From positions 512,001 through 576,000 of the forward strand of contig CAVZMH010000022.1 of assembly GCA_963776345.1 (NCBI GenBank): a stretch of 64,000 nt of DNA, in the 5' to 3' direction. This stretch comes from an uncultured delta proteobacterium (lineage in GTDB: Bacteria; Myxococcota; Myxococcia; Myxococcales; Myxococcaceae). The translations under genes were made by a program, and so were the position numbers. The first letter of the stretch is position 1, and each line of letters starts with the position of its first letter. Positions 20,707-30,057 of this stretch are shown here, piece by piece. Under the pieces are notes generated by a model. That model did not search any database. It had not been told where the DNA came from and saw only the letters and a program-made list of their open reading frames with translations.

Positions 20707-21180
20707 GTGACCGCACCCGAGCCCCGCGCCTTCGTCGTCCGACCCGTCGATCCCGATGACCTCGCGCGCTGGCGACCGCTCTGGGACGGGTACAACGCCT
20801 TCTACGGTCGGGTGGGGCCAACGGCCCTGGCCGAGGTCGTGACGCGGATCACCTGGGGGCGGTTCCTCGATCCGCTGGAGCCGGTGCACGCGCTGGTCGC
20901 GGCGGCCGGCGGGGAGCTGGTCGGGCTCGCGCACTACCTCTTCCACCGGAGCACGATCCTGGTCGAGCCCACCTGTTACCTCCAGGACCTCTTCACCGCA
21001 CCGGCGTGGCGCGGCCGCGGCGTGGCCGGGGCGCTCATCGACGCCGTTCGAGCGCGTGCCCGGTCCGTGGGCGCGTCGCGCGTCTACTGGCACACCCAGG
21101 CAGCGAACGTGACGGCCCGGCGGCTGTACGACCGGCTCGCCGGACCCGCGGAGTTCGTGGTCTACCGGATGGTGCCCTGA
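20707..21180 (+). CDS. GNAT N-acetyltransferase
   Basis: CYLQDLFT...RGRGVAGALI, VYWHT...N..ARRLYD. Confidence 0.85.
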   Translation: MTAPEPRAFVVRPVDPDDLARWRPLWDGYNAFYGRVGPTALAEVVTRITWGRFLDPLEPVHALVAAAGGELVGLAHYLFHRSTILVEPTCYLQDLFTAPAWRGRGVAGALIDAVRARARSVGASRVYWHTQAANVTARRLYDRLAGPAEFVVYRMVP

Positions 21181-21201
21181 CCGCTGGAGCGGTGCGCCGC
21201 G

Positions 21202-21480
21202 CTAGGTCTTGCCCGGCGGAAGCGAAGCCGGAGCCGTCGCCTCGGGGAGGGCGTGGTGCGCCTTTGCCTCCACGCGGAGCTCGGCGTCGGTGAGCTCCTC
21301 CTGGTGTTGCTTGGGGTTGGTCCGCCAGTGGAAGTCGGCCGGCACCGCGCCCCCGCCCTGCTGTCCGTAGCCAATCATGTCCGGGAACTGGTTGGTCCAG
21401 CGTCCGGCGGCGTCCGGCTCCTTGGTGACGTGGGAGCGCTGCTTGCGGGGAACGAACGGGTAGAAGGGCGTGTTGCTCAC
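21202..21480 (-). CDS. Small hypothetical protein (about 92 aa)
   Basis: GC-rich third codon positions, non-shadow composition, fills the gap between GNAT and glpD; start uncertain. Confidence 0.55.
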   Translation of the reverse strand: MSNTPFYPFVPRKQRSHVTKEPDAAGRWTNQFPDMIGYGQQGGGAVPADFHWRTNPKQHQEELTDAELRVEAKAHHALPEATAPASLPPGKT

Positions 21481-21566
21481 GGAAGGGCACCTTGCCCCGG
21501 GAGGGCACCCGGAGGGAAGAGCGATCGCCTTCCGTGCGGCCGCTGGTAGCGTGCCCGTTCGACGTG

Positions 21567-23141
21567 ATGGACCGCGCACGGAACCTCGACCGCCTCTCGG
21601 ACCCCTTCGACATCGCCATCGTCGGCGGCGGCGCCACGGGCCTGGGGGCCGCGGTGGAGGCGGCGGCCCGCGGGTACCGGACGCTGCTGCTCGAGGCCCG
21701 CGACTTCGCCCAGGGCACGTCCAGCCGATCCACCAAGCTGGTCCACGGCGGCGTGCGCTACCTGGCGCAGGGCAACGTCGGGCTGGTGCGCGAGGCGCTG
21801 CTCGAGCGGGGCCGGCTCCGGGCGAACGCGCCGCACCTGGTGGGAGATCTCGAATTCGTGGTGCCGGCGTACGCCTGGTGGTCCGGCCCGTACTACGGAG
21901 TGGGGCTCAAGCTGTACGACGTGCTGGCCGGGCGCCACCGCCTGGGCACCAGCCAGCTCCTGTCCCGGGCCCAGGTGCTGGAGCGCATCCCCACGCTGGA
22001 GCCCGACCAGCTCAAGGGCGGGGTGCGCTACTTCGACGGCCAGTTCGACGATGCACGGCTGGCGGTGACGCTGGCCCTGACCGCGGACGACCTGGGGGCG
22101 GTCCTGCTGAACCACGCGCCCGCGGTCGGGCTGGTCAAGAGCGGCCCGAGGGTCCGCGGGCTCCGGCTGCGCGACGAGGAGTCCGGCCGGGAGCACGAGA
22201 TCTCCGCCTCGGTGGTGGTGAACGCCACGGGTGTGTTCGCCGACGCCGTCCGCCGGATGGACGAGCCCGATGCGCCGCCCCTGGTCGCGCCGTCCCAGGG
22301 CGTGCACCTGGTCCTGCCCGACTCCTTCCTCCCCGGCGCCCACGCGCTGATGATCCCGCGGACCGACGACGGCCGGGTGCTCTTCGTCGTTCCCTGGCAC
22401 AGGCGGGCGCTGGTCGGCACCACCGACACCCCGGTGCCCGAGGCGAGCGTGGAGCCACGCCCGCTGGAGGAGGAGGTGACGTTCCTCCTCGAGCACGCGG
22501 CGCGCTACCTGACCCGCGACCCGCGTCGCGAGGACGTGCTGAGCGTCTACGCCGGCCTGCGTCCGCTGGTCCGGGCCGAGGGAGCAGTGCCCACCGCCGC
22601 GCTCAGCCGCGACCACAGCATCTTCGAGAGCCCGAGCGGGCTGGTCACCATCGTCGGCGGGAAGTGGACCACCTACCGGCGCATGGGCGAGGACGTGGTC
22701 GACCACGCCGCACGGGTGGGCGGCCTGCCCGAACGCCCGTCGACGACCGCCGAGCTCCGGCTGCACGGGGCCCCGCCCGACGAGCAGGTGGAGCACTCGG
22801 CAGCGGGGACCCCGAGCGAGATGCTCGCGGCCTACGGGACCGACGCGGACCAGGTGCGCGCGCTCGCCGAGTCCGACCCCGAGCTCGCGGTCCCGATGCA
22901 CCCGCGCCTCCCCTACCTCATGTGTGAGGTGACCTGGGCGGTGCGGGAGGAGATGGCCCGCTCGGTGGAGGACGTGCTCTCCCGGCGCACCCGGGCCCTG
23001 GTGCTCGATGCGCGGGCGGCGCTGGAGTGCGCGCCGGCGGTCGCCCGGGTGGTGGCGCGCGAGCTCGGGCGTGACGAGGCGTGGGTCCAGGCGCAGCTGG
23101 CCTCGTTCGAGCGACGCGCCCGCGAGAGTCTCCTCGTCTGA
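21567..23141 (+). CDS. glpD: Glycerol-3-phosphate dehydrogenase/oxidase
   Basis: GGGATGLG, GTSSRSTKLVHGGVRYL, GGKWTTYR. Confidence 0.92.
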   Translation: MDRARNLDRLSDPFDIAIVGGGATGLGAAVEAAARGYRTLLLEARDFAQGTSSRSTKLVHGGVRYLAQGNVGLVREALLERGRLRANAPHLVGDLEFVVPAYAWWSGPYYGVGLKLYDVLAGRHRLGTSQLLSRAQVLERIPTLEPDQLKGGVRYFDGQFDDARLAVTLALTADDLGAVLLNHAPAVGLVKSGPRVRGLRLRDEESGREHEISASVVVNATGVFADAVRRMDEPDAPPLVAPSQGVHLVLPDSFLPGAHALMIPRTDDGRVLFVVPWHRRALVGTTDTPVPEASVEPRPLEEEVTFLLEHAARYLTRDPRREDVLSVYAGLRPLVRAEGAVPTAALSRDHSIFESPSGLVTIVGGKWTTYRRMGEDVVDHAARVGGLPERPSTTAELRLHGAPPDEQVEHSAAGTPSEMLAAYGTDADQVRALAESDPELAVPMHPRLPYLMCEVTWAVREEMARSVEDVLSRRTRALVLDARAALECAPAVARVVARELGRDEAWVQAQLASFERRARESLLV

Positions 23142-23211
23142 GGCGTCCCGCGCGCGGCTGATCAGCCGCACCGCCTGCCCGCCCTCGCGGAGGGGCTGCC
23201 CGGGCCGCGAC

Positions 23212-23341
23212 GCCCGGAGCAATCGTGGACATAGCAACTTCGACCTCGCGCACCGCCTCCTCGCGCTCGAGCGAGAGCGAGAGTTCAACCACTTGCGCTG
23301 GCGCCAGTCCGCCGCCTCGGACCGAAGTTGCTATGTCCACG
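23212..23341. repeat. Inverted-arm element, copy 1 (perfect 19-bp IR, central IHF-like motif)
   Basis: CGTGGACATAGCAACTTCG (23224-23242) and CGAAGTTGCTATGTCCACG (23323-23341); 23212-23241 identical to 54823-54852. Confidence 0.9.
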
Positions 23342-23439
23342 TATGCGCTGGCCCCGGCCGGCCGGGCGGCCTCTCCCGCGGAGCGGGCGGATCAGGCCGG
23401 CCGGCGGCTCTGATCCTGCGGCGCGCGTCCGGGCCGCAT

Positions 23440-23514
23440 GCCGGAGTCGCGGCTGGCGTCCGGGCGAGGCGCACGCCGAGGGGTGCGTGCGCCGGAGTCG
23501 CGGCTGGCGTCCGG
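23440..23514. repeat. 24-bp direct repeat x2, REP-like imperfect palindrome
   Basis: GCCGGAGTCGCGGCTGGCGTCCGG at 23440 and 23491 (period 51). Confidence 0.8.
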
Positions 23515-23630
23515 AGGTGGCGCCCCCCGGGAGAGCGCCGCGGGGTCGCGCAGGCCCTCTGGACGTGCGCCGGCGACCAGGGACCCGGGCCCGCCCGCGT
23601 CCCCTCGGGGCGCCCTGCCGCGCCTCCCTC

Positions 23631-24932
23631 TCAGGCCGCGGCGTCGACGACCGACCGCAGCGCCGCCTCGACCCGGGGAATCGCCTCGCGGATCTCCGCC
23701 TCCGAGACCGCGCCCACGCTGAGCCGGAACCACCCGGTCTCGTCGGCCAGCCCGAAGGCCTGGAACGGCACCACCGCGAAGCCGGCGCGCTCGAGGAGCA
23801 GCTTGCGGATGTTCTCGTTGCTCTTCAGCCCGCCGCGCCCCACCAGGTCGAAGCGCACCGAGAGGTAGATCGCGCCCTGCGGCGCGATGTCGCTGACTGG
23901 GAGCCCACGCGCCCGGAGCTCCATCAGTCCCTGGTGCAGCGCTTGCAGTCGCGACTCGAGCCCCCGACGCATGTCGGTCAGGTAGCGCTCCACCGCGGGT
24001 ACGTCGTCGAGGAAGCGCGCCGAGGCGATCTGCTCGGCCCGCGGCGCCCACGCCCCGGTGTGCCCGATGAGGTCCCGCATCCGCGAGATGATGGACGGCG
24101 GCCCCACGCCCCAGCCGACGCGGACCCCGGTGGCGGCGAAGGCCTTGGAGATGCCGTCCACGAAGACGGTGTACGGCGCCATCTCCGGGACCAGGCCCAC
24201 CGGCGTGACGTGCTTCACGCCGCCGTAGGTCAGCGCCCAGTAGATCTGGTCGTACATCACGATCAGCGGCGGCCGGCCGGCGTGCTTGCGCCCGAGGTTC
24301 TCCTCGACGATCAGCTCGCACACCGCCTTGAGCTGCTCGGCGGTGAACATCGTCCCGGTGGGGTTGAGCGGGCTCCCCAGGCAGAGCAGGCGGGCCCGGG
24401 GCAGGTGAGGCCGGAGCTGCTCCGCGGTGGGCATGAAGCCCTGCTCGGGGAGCGTGGGCACCACCACTGCCTTCGCCCCGGTCATGTACGTGTAGTGGTT
24501 GTTGTTCCAGGAGGGCACCGGGTAGACGACCACCTCGCCCGGGTCCACCACGCTGCGGAACGTGCCGTAGACGACGGGCCGCGCGCCGCTGGCGATGACG
24601 ATGCTCTCCAGCGGGTAGTGCAGCCCGAGGCCCCGGGCGTAGAAGCGCTGCACCGCCTGGCGCAGCTCGAGCATCCCGTCCGCCGGCGGGTAGTTGGTCT
24701 CGCCTGCGCGGAGCGCCTCGGCGATGAGGTCGCGGAGCCCGGCCGGGATGGGGAACTCGCGGGGGGCGAAGTCGCCCACGGTGAGGTTGCAGACCTTCGT
24801 TCCCTTGGCCACCAGGGCCCGGATCTCCCCGGCGATGCGGAGGATCTCGCTCCCCATCAGCCCACGGGCCATGCCGCTGACGGTGTCCGTGTCCCGCGGG
24901 TGCCCCAGGGTGTCGGTCAGGTCGAGAGCCAC
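23631..24932 (-). CDS. PLP-dependent aminotransferase class I/II
   Basis: SPLNPTG, YDQIY, GISKAFAATGVRVGW. Confidence 0.9.
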   Translation of the reverse strand: MALDLTDTLGHPRDTDTVSGMARGLMGSEILRIAGEIRALVAKGTKVCNLTVGDFAPREFPIPAGLRDLIAEALRAGETNYPPADGMLELRQAVQRFYARGLGLHYPLESIVIASGARPVVYGTFRSVVDPGEVVVYPVPSWNNNHYTYMTGAKAVVVPTLPEQGFMPTAEQLRPHLPRARLLCLGSPLNPTGTMFTAEQLKAVCELIVEENLGRKHAGRPPLIVMYDQIYWALTYGGVKHVTPVGLVPEMAPYTVFVDGISKAFAATGVRVGWGVGPPSIISRMRDLIGHTGAWAPRAEQIASARFLDDVPAVERYLTDMRRGLESRLQALHQGLMELRARGLPVSDIAPQGAIYLSVRFDLVGRGGLKSNENIRKLLLERAGFAVVPFQAFGLADETGWFRLSVGAVSEAEIREAIPRVEAALRSVVDAAA

Positions 24933-25027
24933 GTGGCGTCCTCCGGCGCCCCCCTTACCGGAGCCTGCGGGCAGGGCGCCAGCACAGTTCCCCGGAAGGG
25001 GCCCGGACGGTGACGGTGCACCGGCCG

Positions 25028-25384
25028 CTAGGGCGCGGGGCGGGTCCCCGGGGCGTACTTCAGCACCCGGACCCGCTCCATCGTGACCAGCCCCTCGCCC
25101 ACCATCTCGTCGAGGATGGGGAGCAGCCGCTCCACGTGCTCGGGGGTGTCCACCAGCTCGAGAAGGATGGGCAGGTCCTCGCTCAGCCGGAGGATGTGGG
25201 TGGTGTGCACCACGCTCCGGGCGCCGAAGCCGGCGACGCCCCGGAGGACGGTCACCCCCGCGGCGCCCTCCTTCCGCAGGCGCTCCACCAGCGCCAGGTG
25301 CAGCGGCCGGCCGTGCCACTGGTCCGACTCGCCGAGGAAGATCCGCAGCAGCGTCTGCTCGCCCTCGAGGACTCGATGACCCAT
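25028..25384 (-). CDS. DUF190 (PII-like) protein
   Basis: LLRIFLGESD, GVTVLRGVAGFG, LSEDLP; typical crcB neighbour. Confidence 0.88.
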   Translation of the reverse strand: MGHRVLEGEQTLLRIFLGESDQWHGRPLHLALVERLRKEGAAGVTVLRGVAGFGARSVVHTTHILRLSEDLPILLELVDTPEHVERLLPILDEMVGEGLVTMERVRVLKYAPGTRPAP

Positions 25385-25389
25385 GACGC

Positions 25390-25773
25390 CTACCCTCCGA
25401 CCAGAACCCGCCCTGCCGCGAGGCCCAGCGTTCCGGCGACCAGGCACCCGAGCACCGTCGCGGCGAGGTTCACTCCGGCGAGGCCATACGCGCGCTGGCT
25501 CAGCAGCGCCAGGGTCTCGTAGTTGAACGAGGAGTAAGTGGTGAACCCGCCCATGATGCCGGTGGTGAGGAAGATCCGCAGCTCGAGCGAGATGCTGGTC
25601 CCGGTGAGCGCGAGGTGCATGATGAGCGCGATGAGGAACGAGCCGGTGAGGTTGACCAGAAGCGTGCCCCAGGGAAACGCCGGGCCCAGCAACTGGGCGG
25701 CGATCGCCCCCACGCCGTAGCGGGCCACCGAGCCCAGCGCGCCCCCGAGCGCCACCAGGGCCACCCGGGTCAC
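25390..25773 (-). CDS. crcB: Fluoride efflux channel Fluc/CrcB
   Basis: GGALGSVARY, FPWGTLLVNLTGS, GIMGGFTTYSSF. Confidence 0.93.
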   Translation of the reverse strand: MTRVALVALGGALGSVARYGVGAIAAQLLGPAFPWGTLLVNLTGSFLIALIMHLALTGTSISLELRIFLTTGIMGGFTTYSSFNYETLALLSQRAYGLAGVNLAATVLGCLVAGTLGLAAGRVLVGG

Positions 25774-27169
25774 CGGGAGGCTCCCGCCGTGTACAGATCG
25801 ATGATCCTCGAGATGGCGGCCTGGCACACGCGGCAGAACGGCACCTCGTCGCGGGTGAACATGATGCAGTCCTCCTCGGGCCGGAAGTAGCCGCGGGATT
25901 CGTACATCGCGCCCTCGAACGCCCCCACCTTCCCGGACCAGTGGTCGGTCCCCAGGATGCGGGTGACCTCCTTCTTCTCCCGGGTGAAGAGCGCGTCCAT
26001 CTCGGACTCGGGGCGGCGGTCGGCGCGGATCTTCTTGCGCTCCACCTGGATGGCGCGACTCGAGATTTCGAACTCCTCCTTCCTCCAGGGGGTGGGGACC
26101 GGCGCCCCCGGCGAGAGCAGCGCCTTCCACTTGATGGTCGCCGGGTCCTTGAGCGCGGTGACGTTGGGCTCCCACGGCTCGGCGCGGTCCGCCGCCGGGA
26201 GGTAGGCGCTCTCCGAGGTGAAGTACTCGTCGGCGAGGCCGGCGAAGTGGTGCCCGAACTCGTGGACGAAGACGTAGGGCGACCAGAGCGAGTCGGCGGC
26301 GACGGTGCTGTAGAGCGCGAAGATGCCGCCCCCGCCGTAGGTGTTGCCGTTGACCAGGATCTCCACGAACTCGTACGGCGCGAACGACGCCACGTCGCGG
26401 AAGGAGCGGTTGTCGAAGGTGAGGACGTACCGTTCGCTGCCGAAGGCGTCGTAGGTGCTCCCGATGCGGCTGCGGCGGTGGATGCCGGTGGAGGGGCGGG
26501 AGATGCCCGGCTCGCGCGACTCGGGGCAGAGCCCCCAGACGTTGAAGTCCTGCTTCCGCTCCTTGAAGGGCGACTGGGCGAAGAGGATCGACACCAGCCG
26601 CCGGGCGTCCTTCTCGAACTTGCCCCGCTGCGCCCGGGTGTAGCCGTCGCCAAGGATGAGCAGGTCCACCTTCGACTCCGACGGCCCGTTCTTCAAGAGG
26701 GGAATGAGGGGCCCGGGCTGTCGGGCACGGCGTCGCTCACCGTCTGGTCCCTGGGGTCCACCTTGAAGGTCCACACCGGGACGAAGGCGTTCTTCGGGTC
26801 GCGCTTCTCCAGCGTCACCTCCACCGGGCCTCCGGGGAGCGGGAAGCGGAGCGACTCCTCGAAGGTGCGGGCCCGCTCCTTCGCCTCGGACGTCTCCTCC
26901 CACTCGCCGAAGATGGAGCTGAACCCGCGCGAGTAGAGCAGGGCCTTGCTCGCCGCGTCGCGGACCAGGAAGCGGTACTTCCCCGAGTCGGTGTCGTCGA
27001 GGGGCCGCGCCGGATTCCCCGGCCAGGGCAGCGGCTCGACGATCAGCCGGTCGAGGCTGAAGATCTCCTGCCCCCCGCTGCCGGTGTGGAAGTAGTCGAC
27101 CCGGAAGGTGCGCGGCGGGGCGGCGAGCGCGGGGGCCGAGGCGAGGAGCAGCAGGGCGGCAAAGCGCAT
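25770..27169 (-). CDS. M64-family (IgA peptidase) metallopeptidase, frameshifted near 26710
   Basis: Signal peptide and RVDYFHTG in the 26693..27169 frame; KVDLLILGDGYT, HEFGHHFAGLADEY, CIM...FCRVC in the other frame. Confidence 0.85.
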
Positions 27170-27345
27170 GCGCGCGGGACCTTACGGCAGGTGCGGAGCC
27201 CTCGCACCTGTCGAGGATGCCCACCCCGCGCGAAGCGTCTGGCAGAATGGCTGGCGAGGGCGCACTCGTGAAGCTCCGCTGGCGGGCGCCCGGATCGCCC
27301 GGGTCGACACAAGAAAGTCTCTTCATCGAGCCGCGCCGCGGCTCG

Positions 27346-29385
27346 GTGACCGACCCGGCCGAGATCCGCACCCGGGGCGCGCGGCTCCTCCTCTCGTTCC
27401 TGTGGATCCAGGCGGCGGGCTTCCTCGCGTATCTGGTGGCCTCGACCTGGGTGGCCCCGTCCGCCTTCCCCCGCTACGCGCTGCAGACCGTCTTCGGCTG
27501 GACGGTCATCGTGGTGCTGGCCTGGGCGGTCCGGCGCGGATGGGTGGTGCTCGCCTCCGCGGGGTACCTCGCCTGCGGCTGGTTCCTGCTCGCGATCTCC
27601 GCCTACACCGCGGGCGGCATCGGCGGGTCGGCGCCGCTCGGGTTCCTGGTGCTCATCGTCGCCGCGGGACTCCTGCTCGGCACGCGGGCCACGGTGCTCA
27701 CCGCCGCCGTCTGCCTCCTCACCGGGCTCGGGCTGGCGGTGGCCGGGTCGGTGGGCCTCTTGCCCCCGCCCTCCATTCGCAACTCTCCGCTCGCCCTCTG
27801 GACGGACTTCGCGGTGTACGGAGGACTGATCGTGGCCTTCCAGCTGCTCGCCGCCCGGAACCTCCGGGTGTCCGAGAGCCGCTACCGCTCGCTGGTGGAC
27901 AGCGCCCGCGACGTCATCTTCACCGTGAGCCAGGAGGGCCGCATCACCTCGCTCAACCCGGCGTTCGAGTCGGTGACCGGGCTGCGCGCCTCCGACTGGC
28001 TGGGCCGCCCGTTCGCCTCGCTCTTGGCCAGCGAGCGAGCCGAGGAGCTCTGGACGCAGCTCAGGGCCGCGCCCGGGCCGGCGCTCGAGGTCCCGGTCCG
28101 CTCCGCGGGGGGCGAGCGGGTGCTGGAGGTGGTGCTGGCCATGTCCCCGGACGCCTCGGCCGACCTCCTGGGCATCGGCCGCGACGTGAGCGAGCGCAAG
28201 GAGGCCGAGGCCCGGCGCGCCCAGCTGGAGATGCAGCTGCGGCAGTCGCAGAAGCGCGAGGCCATCGGGACCCTGGCCAGCGGCATCGCCCACGACTTCA
28301 ACAACGTCCTCACCGCGATCATGGGGCAGGCGCAGCTGCTCCGCGACGAGGGCACCGGGCCGATGCGGGGCCGCGCCACGGAGATCCTCCAGGCCAGCGC
28401 CCGGGCGCGCGACGTGGTGCGCCAGCTCCTGACCTTCGCCCGGAGCACCGGCCAGGAGCATCGCCCGGTGCAGCTGCAGCAGGTGGTCGCCGAGGCGCTC
28501 CAGCTGATGCGTGCCTCCCTTCCGGCCTCGGTGGAGCTGGAGGCCTCCATCGACCCGGTCACGGCGATGGTGCTGGCCGACCAGGGTCAGATGCACCAGG
28601 TGGTCATCAACCTGGTGGCCAACGCCGCGGCGGCGCTGCAGGGCCGAACCGGGAAGATCGGCGTCTACCTCGGGAACCTCCCTCCCTCGGGCGGCGACGG
28701 GAAGCTGGGCACCGTGCGGCTCCGGGTGACCGACGACGGGGTGGGGATGACGCCCGAGGTGCTGGAGCGCATCTTCGAGCCGTTCTTCACCACCCGCGCG
28801 CCCGGGGAGGGGACGGGGCTCGGCCTGGCGGTGGTGCAGGGCATCGTGCAGGACCACGGCGGGCAGATCTTCGTCCGCAGCGCGCCGGGGAAGGGGAGCA
28901 CCTTCGACGTCGAGCTCCCCGCCTCCAGCATGGAGCGGCCCGAGGCGGCGGCGCCGCCGGACGTCGCCCCGCCCGGCGCGGGGGAGCGGCTCCTGGTGGT
29001 GGACGACGAGCCGGTCATCGCGCGGGTGGTGAGCGAGCAGCTGCGGCGGCTCGGGTACCAGGTGACGGCGGTGAACGATCCGGAGGAGGCGCTGGAGCTC
29101 CTGGCCGACGACCCGGAGGAGTACGACCTGCTGCTCACCGACCTCCAGATGCCGCGGATGGACGGGGTGGAGCTCGCCGCCCGGGTGGGGCGGCTGCGCC
29201 CGGCGCTGCCGGTGGTGCTGTCCACCGGGAACCGGTGGTCCGTCCCGGCCGCCACGGCGCGGGCGGCTGGAATCCGGGAAATCGTGGACAAGCCGTTCCG
29301 GCTCGAGGAGCTGGCCCAGGCGCTGCGGACGGTGCTCGACGCCGCGGGGGTCCGCCCTCGGGCCACCCGGGAGACGGGGAGTTGA
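27346..29385 (+). CDS. Membrane hybrid sensor kinase (TM-PAS-HisKA-HATPase-receiver)
   Basis: AHDFNNVL, QVVINLVANA, FEPFFTT..GTGLGL, C-terminal receiver; start approximate. Confidence 0.9.
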   Translation: MTDPAEIRTRGARLLLSFLWIQAAGFLAYLVASTWVAPSAFPRYALQTVFGWTVIVVLAWAVRRGWVVLASAGYLACGWFLLAISAYTAGGIGGSAPLGFLVLIVAAGLLLGTRATVLTAAVCLLTGLGLAVAGSVGLLPPPSIRNSPLALWTDFAVYGGLIVAFQLLAARNLRVSESRYRSLVDSARDVIFTVSQEGRITSLNPAFESVTGLRASDWLGRPFASLLASERAEELWTQLRAAPGPALEVPVRSAGGERVLEVVLAMSPDASADLLGIGRDVSERKEAEARRAQLEMQLRQSQKREAIGTLASGIAHDFNNVLTAIMGQAQLLRDEGTGPMRGRATEILQASARARDVVRQLLTFARSTGQEHRPVQLQQVVAEALQLMRASLPASVELEASIDPVTAMVLADQGQMHQVVINLVANAAAALQGRTGKIGVYLGNLPPSGGDGKLGTVRLRVTDDGVGMTPEVLERIFEPFFTTRAPGEGTGLGLAVVQGIVQDHGGQIFVRSAPGKGSTFDVELPASSMERPEAAAPPDVAPPGAGERLLVVDDEPVIARVVSEQLRRLGYQVTAVNDPEEALELLADDPEEYDLLLTDLQMPRMDGVELAARVGRLRPALPVVLSTGNRWSVPAATARAAGIREIVDKPFRLEELAQALRTVLDAAGVRPRATRETGS

Positions 29386-29410
29386 CAAAAAGAACGACCG
29401 TTCGTATTAA
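29382..29410 (+). promoter_or_regulatory. sigma70 promoter TTGACA-N17-TATTAA with overlapping palindromic TetR operator
   Basis: TTGACA 29382-87, TATTAA 29405-10, GAACG-AC-CGTTC in the spacer; GTG start follows 6 nt after the -10. Confidence 0.75.
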
Positions 29411-29416
29411 GGCGGT

Positions 29417-30014
29417 GTGAGCAAGGGCGACCAGACCCGGGCGCGCATCCTCCGCCACGCGACGAAGGTGGCGAGCCGGGACGGCCTCGAGGGGCTGAGC
29501 ATCGGCGAGCTGGCCACGGCCCTGGACATGTCCAAGAGCGGCCTCTTCGCCCACTTCGGGAGCAAGGAGGACCTCCAGATCGAGGTGCTCCGGGCCGCCG
29601 CGGTGGACTTCGAGCACCGGGTCATCCGCCCTGCGCTCCAGCAGCCCCGCGGCCCGGCCCGCCTCTGGGCGCTGTTCAACCTCTGGGTGAAGTGGGCCAG
29701 CTCGCCCGAGACCTCGCGGCGGGTGCATCTTCGCGGCCGCCTCGTTCGAGCTGGACGACCGGCCGGGGCCGGTCCGCGACTACCTGGTGGAGGAGGAGAA
29801 GCGGCTCCTCGGCGTGCTGTCGCGCTCGGCGCGGCTCGGCGTCGAGTCCGGCCTCTTCCGCGCAGACCTCGACTGCGACCTGCTCGCCTTTCAGATCCAC
29901 GGGCTGATGCTCGGCTTCCACCACGCGCTCCGGCTCCTGCGCCAGCGCAGCGCCGAGGCGATGGCCCGGCGGTCCTTCGAGCAGCTGCTCGCGCAGGCCA
30001 TGCCCGCGAGCTGA
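29417..30014 (+). CDS. TetR/AcrR transcriptional regulator, frameshifted near 29715-29720
   Basis: GLSIGELA..MSKSGLFAHFGSKEDL HTH; C-terminal GCIFAAASFELDDRPG continues in another frame. Confidence 0.85.
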
Positions 30015-30057
30015 CCCCTTTCCCCGCCGTACGCACGCCGCACAAGGAGACGCCGTC

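Noticed and set aside
23142..23630. IS element, integron attC site or short ORFs (MDIATS...) in the repeat region
   Set aside because: No transposase or integrase and no clear target duplication; the identical short ORF starts here and at 54.8 kb just translate the repeat arm.
27170..27345. Fluoride riboswitch upstream of the crcB-containing operon
   Set aside because: No GGCGATG...TCGCC plus GCTGATGAC-type core is recognisable by eye.
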